Below the pieces are notes generated by a model. It did not search any database. It had not been told where the DNA came from and saw only the letters and a list, made by a program, of their open reading frames with translations. A stretch of 64,000 nt of DNA, from NCBI RefSeq assembly GCF_964204645.1, contig NC_134030.1:14632110-14696109 (forward strand). The letters run 5' to 3'. Position numbers and translations under genes: made by a program. The DNA is from Tubulanus polymorphus (Eukaryota > Animalia > Nemertea). Numbering within the stretch: position 1 is the first letter of the stretch; every line of letters begins with the position of its first letter. Of the stretch, positions 24,531 through 35,032 are shown one piece after another.

Positions 24531-26608
24531 ATGCAAATTGTCGTAATCTTGGTGGCCATATGGTCGTCGGCCTATTGTCTGATGCCCTCGACGGTCTTGA
24601 GGCCAAACTATGGTGTCGCCTTACATCGGATTGGAGGAGTCCATAATGGCGACAGTGCCTGGTTTCACACGTTCGCTATACCGTGGCTAGTTGTTAATGA
24701 CCCCCCGAGTAAAGGCTTGCGGCTACGCTGTTCTCTTGTCCAGCCAGAACTTCGTTCTCAGTGCTCCGGCTATTTGGAAATGTTTCGTGAGGCGCATCGC
24801 CTACAGTTAGACACGTTGACCCATATCAGGGGACAATTGGCTGATATGAGACGAATGATACCTGATGCTGCAGATACCGACTCACGAAAGAAACGACACG
24901 CCAGTGGGCGCAGGGTCAAACGTGCACCACTTTCATTTATCGGATCGATTTCGTCTTCCTTGGTCGGTACTGCTACCGAAGATGAAGTTCAGCAAGTAGA
25001 AAATCACGTCGAAAAAGTAGAAAAAATAGTCAAGTTGAATTCGGATCAAATCACCCACATACAGGGGACACTCTCTTCATTTATTAATGCGACTGACAAA
25101 CGAATCAGCAGCCTGACCTCTGCATACGTGGCCAATTCAAAAGAACTTAAATCAATTCGAGCGACACTGCTAAGGCAAAGTGTCGATGCGAGTATGCTAG
25201 CATTAGCGTCTGACATGACAATAAGAAATATCATCCTAGTGGAACGACTGACGGCAGTTTCCAGTGAGTGGTTGCAGGGGGTTGAAAAGTTATTGGAGGG
25301 ATATTTGCCTAGAGCCCTGGTTAATCCAAAAATGGTTTCGAAGGTTCTTGACGATGTGTCCGAAAAATTAAATAGGATGCATTCTGGGTTTTCAATAGCT
25401 AATAGGGATGTAGGCTATTATTACGTAGTTAAGGATGTGTGTTTTTCGATCAAAATCCCCTTGCAATCTAGTCAGACATATTTTGATTTATACTCGGTTG
25501 TCTTAATGCCAGTGCCAATAAACGCAACGTCCTATAACACTTCAATGATTGTTGGTACAGCCCCTTATTTTGGCGCTACTAGGGACGGTAGTTACTACAC
25601 TAAAATGGGTCACGATATATTTGCTACTTGTCATGGTACCGACGTGATGACTTGCCGGCAGCGCGTGTCCATGCGCGAAATAACCGTGGAATCTTGCCTT
25701 AGTAGTCTATTCTTCGACAAACCCTCACAGGTGCTAGCGTTATGCCACATACGGTATGAGGTCCAGGGCCTGGCCGAACTGGCAGTCGACGTAGGGGATG
25801 GCTACTTTGTTGTTTCAGGCACTGACGATTTTTGGACTCTCGCCTGCCCTGGCAAGTCACTAAAAGCAATAAAAGCATGTCGTTTTTATTTGGTAAAAAT
25901 TGGGTGTGCATGTGCATTGCGTGGATCAAAATTTTTTGTGCCCGGTAGAATTAACAAATGTATTAAGCAAGACACGGTGACCATTGCGCACGCTGTTAAT
26001 TTACCGGTCCTACATAGTTTCTTTTCAAAGAATGTAGCAACAATGTTCCAGGGAACGCCATACGCACCGCTGCCTAGTCTTGATTTCAAGGCTAATAACT
26101 GGTCAAAAGTGGCTGCGGTGGACACTAAATTTAGCATAGATTTCAAAAAGTTAGCAAGAACCGTTCAAACTGACGCTAAACTGTACCGATCGCAAGCAGA
26201 CGCTTTATTTGATCATTCTGAACCTGTTATTTCGTCTGGAACCGGTACAGGGTGGCTCACTTGGCTTGCTATTGGTCTCTCGGCGGGCAGCATGTTGCTT
26301 TCGATATTTGTTTTACTTAAGTCGCAATGATCCTTATCAATTCTGGGAGCAGGACTTCTTCCGACCGCTGAGGCCATGGTGATTGTTCACCCCGCTATTC
26401 ATGATTTACAGCGAGGGGGCTGGAATAATACAGTCATTCGGGAAGTTGTCATGGCTAAAAATGTGCGCATCGATGTCGTCCTGTTCTTAGTTATTGTAGT
26501 AGGTAAAGTTATAATTGTGTTCAGAACTTTATTGCGTGCTATGCGCTACAGGTGCCGACACTGTTTGCCTGCACCTTGTTCACTGGGAAAATATCCGGTT
26601 AGGCTAAC
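24531..26608 (+). pseudogene. env: Envelope glycoprotein (baculovirus-F/errantivirus env-like class I fusion protein); premature stop at 26328-26330 and interrupted by Polinton B
   Basis: Signal peptide MQIVVILVAIWSSAYC; furin site RRVKR followed by fusion-peptide-like APLSFIGSISSSLVGTAT; heptad region; Cys-rich region; TM WLTWLAIGLSAGSMLLSIFVLL. Confidence 0.8.
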
Positions 26609-27210
26609 AGTAATAGGGGTAATGGGCTTTCATACCAAAGGTCGAACGGTCGAGCCCATTAAAAAACAAAATATTAAAAGTAATTAAAAAACTATAATAT
26701 ATTTTCATAACCGCGTGCATTTTATATCAAAACTAAATATTTATTCTAAGATATCAATAATATAAAAAGCATATTGTATTAAATCAATTGGTCGCTCCAC
26801 TTCGCTACCGCTCCGCTCCGCGACCAATTGATTTAATTACAATACACAAATTCAAATAATCAAATATATTCAAATGATAATAATTATTCTATTATTCAAC
26901 TGAAATGCACGCGGTTATGAAAATATATTATAGTTTTTTAATTACTTTTAATATATGTTATTAATGAACTCGATCATTAAACCTTTGATATGAAAGCCCA
27001 TTACCCCTATTACTCTTAAAATATTCATATATATATGAATAACATTTAAATCATTGAACTTCTAAAATCAATTTTAATAAAAAATTTAGTATTAAAATGG
27101 AAGCAAATAAATACTACTGCCCAACATGTAATATCGATATAGATAAATCCCAAAAAGCAAGACACAATAAAACTAGAACACATTTAGAGAATAAATTGAA
27201 ACTAGAATAT
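26609..27210 (+). repeat. Left TIR of Polinton B (406-bp palindrome 26609-27014, then promoter and first 38 codons of pPolB)
   Basis: Reverse complement of 44278-44881; by eye the only difference is a TA-repeat length. Confidence 0.93.
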
Positions 27211-30200
27211 AAAGATGATATATTAGAAACTAAATTAGATGAATTAAAGAATGAAAAAGAAGCATACAAATGTGATACATGTAATCAATCATTCAGTGAT
27301 AAAAGATATTATAAAGTACATTTAAAATCTATAAGTCATATTAGAAATAAGAATAATGATATTTTAGGTGAAGATTATTTTGATAATGATAACGATAAGA
27401 AACAGAAGACAATTAAAAGAATAAAAAATAAATTAAACAATAAAAGACCATATATGGAAGATGTAAGAAATTATATTAATTCATTAGATAATAAAAAAGA
27501 TATAGAGATAACCGAAGCATTTATAAGTGATATTGGTCCAGCAGCTATCGAGTTTAAATTTCATAAAAGTAAAACAATAGAAGAAAATAAAAAACATTTA
27601 GAAAATATGAAAGAAATAATAAAAATAATTACAGATGTTGAATATCCTAAAATTAGTATATCAGTTAAAGTAAAGTTTATAAAATCTGAAGATAAACCAA
27701 TATATAATATAAATTCTCATTCACAACATATTATATCTAAACAACATATAGATGATAAATTAGATAAATGTTATAATGAAGTAAAAACTAAAATAGAAGA
27801 GAAATATTTTGAAGGATCTGGTTTAATATTTGATGAGATAATATTTATAACTTTACATGTTTATAACACAAAATATAATAAGTTAACTAAATCAAAACCA
27901 ATTGATGAAAATAATTTATCATATTATAAAGAACCCGATATTGAAGCATCAAGTTATATTAAACTACCATTTAAAACTAATGCTGTAATAAATATACAAA
28001 ATGAAGATGATAAATGTTTTCTATGGGTTATAATAAGTTGTTTACATCCATCAGAAGATATTACACATAGTTTTAGATTAACTCATTATAAACAATTTGA
28101 AAATAATTATAAGATAGATAAGTATCCTGTTAGAATTAAAAACATCCCAAAAATAGAAAGAGATAATAATTTAAAGATAAATGTATTTGATTTAATCAAA
28201 TTACCAAATACAAAAGGTAACAACATAAAACATTATACATTAGAACCTTTATACCTATCAAAAGATTATGATTCAAATGATGTTATAGATATACTATATT
28301 ATGAAAATCATTACATGTGGATTAAACAAATCGATTTATTTTTCAAATCAGAAAATGATCACCATAAAATATATCTATGTAGAAAATGTTTACATAAATT
28401 TAGTAATGAAAGTACATTATTAAATCATAAACAACTATGTGATAATCATGATTATTGTAAATTAAATTTACCAAATGAAAAAGATAAAATATTAGAATTC
28501 AAAAAATATGATTACAAAAATAAAGTACCATTTGTAATATATGGAGATTTTGAATCATTAAATAAAGAATTAACAGATAAAGATAGAAAAGATATATATT
28601 ATAAAAGAAAGTAATTAAATTCTAATGAAAGTGATTATTCAGAAGAACCACCAAAAACAAATACTATTAAAAAGATTCATCAATCAGCTGCAGCTTTCGG
28701 GTTATATATTAAATCTAATTATCCAGAACTAATTAAAAGTGAATATTATAATTATAGAAATGAAAATGTTATCAATCATTTTTGTGACTTATTAATTGAA
28801 TATGAAATAAGATTTAATGAAAAGTTAAATAAAAATATAGAAATTATAATGACAGAAGAAGATAAAGAAGAATTTGAGTTTGCAGATAAATGTTATTATT
28901 GTGAAAAGATATTTAATTATAAAGATAAAAAAGTAAGAGACCATGATCATTTGAATGGAAAGTTTAGAGGCGCTGCACATGAGAATTGTAACTTACAAGC
29001 TAAGAAAATTAACTTTGTACCAGTTATATTTCACAATTTATCGGGGTATGACGCGCATTTATTTATCAAACAGTTATGCCATAAAATAGAAGAAATCAAT
29101 AATGAAATAGAAATATTAAATTCAAATAGATCAAAAGATAAAATACCAACTTATAAATTTAGAATGTTAGCTAAAACATCTGAGAATTATATATCATTCC
29201 AATTTGGGTGTCTAAGATTTATAGATTCATATAGATTTTTAAATAGTTCATTAGATAACTTATCAAAATCATTAGTTGATGATGAATTAAAAATATTAAA
29301 AGAATATTACCCAAATAATGATGATTTCCAATTAATGAGATATAAAGGAGCGATTCCATATTCTTTCTATAAAAATCATAATGATTTTAAAATAACTGAA
29401 TTATTGAAAGAACAATTTTATGATGAATTAAAAAATGAATATGTTAAAGATGAAGTCTATAATAGAACATTGAATATTTGGAATCATTTCAAAATAGAAA
29501 ATCATGGTCAATTAGTAGATTTATATTTAAAATCAGATGTATTATTATTAACCGATATATTCGAAAGGTTTAGAGATGTAAACCTAAAATATTTCAATAT
29601 TGATCCATGTCATTGTTATTCTAGCCCAGGATTAACATGGGATTGTGGATTAAAATTTACAGATATAAAAATGGATTTGTTAACAAATATAGATCAATTA
29701 CTATTATTTGAAAAATCTATAAGAGGAGGTGTTTCAGGTGTATTGGGTGATAGATATTTCAATGTAAATGATAATCCTGGATATAAATTATTATACATAG
29801 ATGCAAATAATCTTTATGGTTGGGCAATGATGGAACCACAACCTTATGGGATGTTTGAAATAACTGAAGTTTTACAAATTGATAAATTTGATTGGAAGAA
29901 AAGAATCCTAGATATTGCAGATGATTCAGATACTGGTTACTTCTTCGTTGTAGATTTAGAATACCCTGAAAATATTAAATTCAAATCTAGAAATCTAGCA
30001 TATTGTCCCGAACATAAAACTGTTAAACATGAAGAATTATCAAATTATCAAAAAAGAATTAAACCCGATAATCATATTCATACTGAAAAGTTAATGGTAA
30101 CTCAAGAAGATAAATATAATTACGTTGTGCATTATAGAATGTTGAAGTTTTATTTGAGACAAGGAATGATATTAAAAAAAGTACATAGATATATTTCATT

Positions 30201-30982
30201 CAGTCAATCTAAATGGTTAGAAAAATATATAGATTTTAATACTACACAGAGAACTAAATCTAAAACTGATTTTGAAAAAGATTTTTTTAAGTTAATGAAT
30301 AATGCGTTCTATGGAAAAACTTGTGAAAACATAAGAAATAGAAATGATATTGAGTTAGTTAGTAATGGTAAAAGGATAAGGCATTTACAATCATATCCTA
30401 AGTTTATAGGTAACAGAATATTTGATGAAAATTTAGCTGCAGTTAAAATGAGGAGAACTTCTATGAAGTTCAATAAACCTATATTTATTGGTTCGACTGT
30501 TTTGGAAATTTCAAAATTATTGATGTATAATTTTTATTATAATGTTTTACAACCCCATTTTGGGGAAAAACACATAGAAATCTTATATTTTGATACAGAT
30601 TCTTACATATTAAAGATAAAAACTGATAACATAACAGATGATTTAAAAACATTAAAACATCATTTTGATTTCAGTAACTATCCTAAAGATCATGAATTGT
30701 TTGAAAGTTGTTGAAAAGAATATTCATTTCAAAGATTACATCAATTGTATATTTAATGAAGAAGTTAGAAAACATAAGATGAAATGTTTAAGATCTGAAG
30801 ATCATGAAATGTTTATTGAAGAAATAGAGAAGATAAGTTTGAATCCATTTGATGATAAAAGATATATTTTAGATGATGGAATCCACACAGTCGCCTATGG
30901 TTGCAATTTAGATGAATATATAAAATTCAAAAGAGAAGAAACAAAAGAAAATGAGATTATGAAAAGGATTCTAGCGTGTTAA
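27097..30982 (+). pseudogene. polB: Protein-primed family B DNA polymerase with N-terminal C2H2 fingers, TP/vOTU-like region and EndoVII-like insertion; in-frame stop at 28612-28614 and a deletion/frameshift at ~30710
   Basis: ExoI VIYGDFES, ExoII FHNLSGYD, ExoIII YLKSDV; Pol A YIDANNLYGWAM, Pol B KLMNNAFYGK, Pol C YFDTDS; INIQNEDDKCFLW...HY (vOTU-like); CYYC...VRDHDHLNGKFRGAAHENCN (EndoVII-like). Confidence 0.93.
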
Positions 30983-31010
30983 TCAATTTCAATAAAAATT
31001 TGTATAATAA

Positions 31011-31352
31011 ATGGAGAGTAAACAAGTACACAGTGAATTCTTAGATAGAATTAAAGATACTTCAAGCGTCAAATCTGTAGATTATAAATTCAAAAAGTTA
31101 ACAGAATTAACAATCCTTAAGAAATATCTAATTACAAATATTGTTACAGTTACTAATAAATATGGAGATAAATTAGTAATTCATTTAGAATATGAAGGAT
31201 TAAAAGGAAATAAATATAAATTCAGAACATATTTACCAGATAGATTTCATAGATTATCAAGTGAAGATTTAGAAGAATTATGTTCTGGAGATTTCTATTT
31301 CGTATACAAAGGTAAGAATGAAAAAGGGCACCATGAAATAGATTTCGAATGA
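31011..31352 (+). CDS. Small beta-rich protein, possible OB-fold ssDNA-binding protein
   Basis: Intact 113-aa ORF directly downstream of polB with pattern KKLTEL...KYG...LP.RF; function is inferred only. Confidence 0.45.
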   Translation: MESKQVHSEFLDRIKDTSSVKSVDYKFKKLTELTILKKYLITNIVTVTNKYGDKLVIHLEYEGLKGNKYKFRTYLPDRFHRLSSEDLEELCSGDFYFVYKGKNEKGHHEIDFE

Positions 31353-31369
31353 GAAAATATGTAAAATAA

Positions 31370-32129
31370 ATGGTGGAATTAAAAGAATACAGAATATTTG
31401 TTGATTCTAGAAAACTTACAAATTATAAATCTCATAATTTATTAGTACAATTAGATAGAGAATTTAAGAATTGTGTAGATTTAAAATTAGTAAATATAAG
31501 TTTATGTAATTCTTTTTACAATGTATCGGATAAGTCTATTGAACATAGAGTCTTTTTAATTCATGATAGAAATAAAAGTAAATGGTTTCATCTTTATCTT
31601 AAACCAGGATTATATAATTTAGAAACATTAGCTCAAGAAAATTAATAGAAGAGCTCGGTTAAAAATGGGTGCATCTGCTGGATTTGGATTAAGACTGATT
31701 AAAAGTGATAGTTCTGATAAAATAAGAATAAAATTAGGTAATGAAGATCAACATCAATTTCTAGTTAAAAAACCCTTAGCTAAAATTTTAGGAATAACCC
31801 CAGATGTAAGGATACGCAATGCTGATGCTACACCAAATATAATGCCTTTTACACGTTTTTGTATTTATTGCAATTTAATCGATCCTACAAAAACATTCGA
31901 AGCAACTAAAGATATAACTTGTAATTCTGGTTTACTAAACATTTTACCATTGAAGAATGTTAAAGAATTTGGAACGCAAATAAATTATAATTTAACAGAA
32001 TGTGATTTCAAACTATGCATTCCTCGTTTTAATAATTTTAGATTAGAAATTAGAAATCATAATGGATACTTAATTGATTTAAATAATTTCCCTGTAATTT
32101 ATGAATTAGTTATAAGATGTAAAGAGTAA
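31370..32129 (+). pseudogene. Minor capsid protein (penton, single jelly-roll), frameshifted near 31640
   Basis: IFVDSR...NSFYNV...PGLYN...IYCNLI...LLNILP...LEIRNHNGYLIDLNN matches the Polinton penton pattern. Confidence 0.75.
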
Positions 32130-32145
32130 TTTTTTCATTATATAA

Positions 32146-32487
32146 ATGAATATAACTGTTGGACCGAGTATATGTTTTGGATTTGATTTTAAACATGGTA
32201 AAGAAATGAGAATTAAACTAAATGATGTAATTACTGATATAAAAAGTAAATCATTTAACAATGCATCAATGATTGATAAAGAAAATTATAATATAGAAAA
32301 AGTAATTGATTTAATTAAATCACCTTTAGAATATTATGAATTAAATGAAGATGGAATTATTGATGATATCAAAAACATATTATCCAAAATATATGATAAT
32401 CATAAAACTAGTAATGAAATAAATGTTGAAATAATCATAAATAAGTTAACGAAATATTTTGAAGATAGTAATTTTTTTGATAAATAA
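32146..32487 (+). CDS. Polinton hypothetical protein
   Basis: Intact ORF with TAAATG start within the gene array. Confidence 0.55.
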   Translation: MNITVGPSICFGFDFKHGKEMRIKLNDVITDIKSKSFNNASMIDKENYNIEKVIDLIKSPLEYYELNEDGIIDDIKNILSKIYDNHKTSNEINVEIIINKLTKYFEDSNFFDK

Positions 32488-32709
32488 ATGAGTGATAATA
32501 AGTGGATAATAACTGGATTATATAATGGCGCATTACTATCAGTTGGAACTGTTGGTTATTCAATGGTATTAAAAAAAGTATTCAAAATGGGAAGTGTTAA
32601 TGTTGATAGATTTGATATAAATGATATTTTAAAGTTAACATTAGCAGTTACTTTATCTAATTTAACTATTGATTATTTGGAAAAACAAAAATATATTCCT
32701 CCCATATAA
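32488..32709 (+). CDS. Small hydrophobic Polinton protein
   Basis: Two hydrophobic helices; stop-start coupled to the previous ORF. Confidence 0.6.
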   Translation: MSDNKWIITGLYNGALLSVGTVGYSMVLKKVFKMGSVNVDRFDINDILKLTLAVTLSNLTIDYLEKQKYIPPI

Positions 32710-32733
32710 ATGCATAATTGTTTTGCTAAATAA

Positions 32734-33156
32734 ATGGCTTCTGCAATTATAACTATTATAGGATCGGCAATTGTTAACGCTTTAGCATTTACTGGTGGTG
32801 GTTATTTATTTAAACATATTGATAAAAATAGTTCATTAGGAGAACAAAGAAGACATAACTTAGCGTTAGAGAAATACAATAAAGCTGCAGAAGAATATAG
32901 AGAAAAGAGACAAAACTATATGGATTACATCAATAAAGAATTATATAATCAGAAGATTTCACACAGAGATTTTCAATCAGTTGATGATGCAATGAGTTTA
33001 TATAACGGAGTAACAAATAAAGAAAAATTACATCTATACAAACCTAAATTATCAGATTATTATACCCCAAGTAAAGAACAACAGAAATATGAAATAATAT
33101 GGATTTTAGGTGGAACTGTTATTGTTATATTTGTTGCTTATAAGTTTACTAATTAG
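32734..33156 (+). CDS. Polinton membrane protein (hydrophobic N-terminus, coiled coil, C-terminal TM)
   Basis: MASAIITIIGSAIVNALAFTGGGYLF; EQRRHNLALEKY; C-terminal IIWILGGTVIVIFVAY. Confidence 0.65.
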   Translation: MASAIITIIGSAIVNALAFTGGGYLFKHIDKNSSLGEQRRHNLALEKYNKAAEEYREKRQNYMDYINKELYNQKISHRDFQSVDDAMSLYNGVTNKEKLHLYKPKLSDYYTPSKEQQKYEIIWILGGTVIVIFVAYKFTN

Positions 33157-33175
33157 TAATTTTTATTCTAAATAA

Positions 33176-33610
33176 ATGGAAGATAAAGTTGATAGTATTG
33201 ATATTATTCCTCATGATATAAATAAAACTAAATTAAAAACATATTTAGAAAAACAAATATTAGAATTTGAAAGTGACTTGAAGATAAAAAAGAAAAAATA
33301 TTTAAAAAGTAAAATTATATATTATTTGATTATAAGTGGTTCGGTTACAATTAGTTCTGTAATAACATTTTTAGCAATATTCAGTCCATTAACACCTTTA
33401 GCTATATCAATTGGTGTGTTAGGATTAAGTTCAAGTGTTTTAACTGGTATAAGTTCAAAATTAAATATAAAAAGTAATAAAGAAAAAATTAAAACTAATA
33501 TAAAAGAAATTAATAAATTAAAGAATACACTAGATTATATAATAAGTTTAAATGGTCATATAACAGTTGAAGAACAAGATAAATTATTAAAAGAATTAAT
33601 AAATTATTAA
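33176..33610 (+). CDS. Two-TM coiled-coil Polinton protein
   Basis: Two central hydrophobic helices flanked by Lys-rich coils. Confidence 0.65.
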   Translation: MEDKVDSIDIIPHDINKTKLKTYLEKQILEFESDLKIKKKKYLKSKIIYYLIISGSVTISSVITFLAIFSPLTPLAISIGVLGLSSSVLTGISSKLNIKSNKEKIKTNIKEINKLKNTLDYIISLNGHITVEEQDKLLKELINY

Positions 33611-33627
33611 TTTTTTTAATTATATAA

Positions 33628-35016
33628 ATGGTAGATAGTTTTCCAAAAGCTTTCCAATATAATAAATCAATTAAATATAATATTCCAGCAATAGATTTTA
33701 ATAAAGATATTACATATAGAAATGAAGTTTTAGATTCATTAATTGATTTATATATTTATGTTACTGAAACTAATAATTTTAATGCAAAGATGGAAAATAT
33801 ATTTCATGTATATTTAATTAATTTTAAAAAATTGAAAGATGAAAAACAATGGTTATTAAAATCTAATATGAAGTATTGGCAGAATCAATTAAATTTTGCT
33901 GTTTATTGTGCAACAACAGGTTGTGGAATTAGTTGGAATGATCATTTGAATAATTCTAAATATAAATTAATTCAAAGTTTATTTAGATTTCATACATACT
34001 TTCAAATAAGAATAATATTAAATGAATTAGAGTGCGCTTTACCAGGATCTAGGTATTTTAAAGAATTAGATAATAATATTAATTTATCTAAGTTTTATAA
34101 AATTTGCAATGAATTTAATATAGATATAAATAATTCTGATTTTAGAACAAAAATTGGAACAATAAGATCACTTCCTTGCCCTAGAAAGATTGCAGAATAT
34201 TGTGCACTTCCCATACCATCTAATAGTTTTTATAATATCTATAATAATAAATTAGGTTATGGTAAAATAGAAACAAAGGATTTAGAAACATTAAATTTCA
34301 ATAAATTACCGAAATTTTATGATAATTTAAAACAAGAAAACAATAATGGTTGGGTATATTTTATTTTAGAAAATAGTGAAGGTTTTACTAAATCAGGTAT
34401 AGAAAGAATAAATCAATCTATTAGAACTTATTTGATTTGTATTCTAGGTGCGCAAGTTGAAACAAGATCACCGATAATTGGAAATTTGAATACATCATTC
34501 GATACACAAAAACAATTTAAAGTTTTATTTGAAGATTCCATACATAATGATAAAAATAGATCGATTCCAGAAAACATTATAAGATATCAAAATTATTTAG
34601 ATAAATCTCATGTAAGACTTAATTATTGTATAGGCCCTAATCTATTAATTATTTCTAATGATTTAGTATTAAAGATGGGAAATATAATTGGTTATAATAA
34701 TCTAATTAAAACTGCAACAATAAATAATTCATTTGGATTGAATGATATAAATAAAAAGATTATTACTGCTCCAAAATTAATGGAAGGTGAAAAAAATAAA
34801 AAACATATTCAATCAACTGAAACTAAAACTAATAATATTAAATTGGTTAATGATTCTAAAATAAAAGATTACAATACATCAGAAAATAATAGAACTGATA
34901 TTATTCAACATGATATAATTAAAACTGATGATGATAATAAATCCCATGAAAATACTAAATTAGCTATAACTTGTATAGGAATTGTAATCGGAGGAATATT
35001 ATATTTTAAATTTTAA
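33628..35016 (+). CDS. Polinton hypothetical protein (462 aa) with C-terminal TM anchor
   Basis: Long intact ORF; QNQLNFAVYCATTGCGIS...FRFHTYFQIR; C-terminal AITCIGIVIGGILYF. Confidence 0.7.
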   Translation: MVDSFPKAFQYNKSIKYNIPAIDFNKDITYRNEVLDSLIDLYIYVTETNNFNAKMENIFHVYLINFKKLKDEKQWLLKSNMKYWQNQLNFAVYCATTGCGISWNDHLNNSKYKLIQSLFRFHTYFQIRIILNELECALPGSRYFKELDNNINLSKFYKICNEFNIDINNSDFRTKIGTIRSLPCPRKIAEYCALPIPSNSFYNIYNNKLGYGKIETKDLETLNFNKLPKFYDNLKQENNNGWVYFILENSEGFTKSGIERINQSIRTYLICILGAQVETRSPIIGNLNTSFDTQKQFKVLFEDSIHNDKNRSIPENIIRYQNYLDKSHVRLNYCIGPNLLIISNDLVLKMGNIIGYNNLIKTATINNSFGLNDINKKIITAPKLMEGEKNKKHIQSTETKTNNIKLVNDSKIKDYNTSENNRTDIIQHDIIKTDDDNKSHENTKLAITCIGIVIGGILYFKF

Positions 35017-35032
35017 TTTTTTTATTATGTAA

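Noticed and set aside
20790-27014. Single element bounded by the two facing palindromes and carrying Gypsy pol-env as cargo
   Set aside because: The GCTAAC TSD and the restored env frame show that 26609 pairs with 44881; the arrangement results from two separate insertions.
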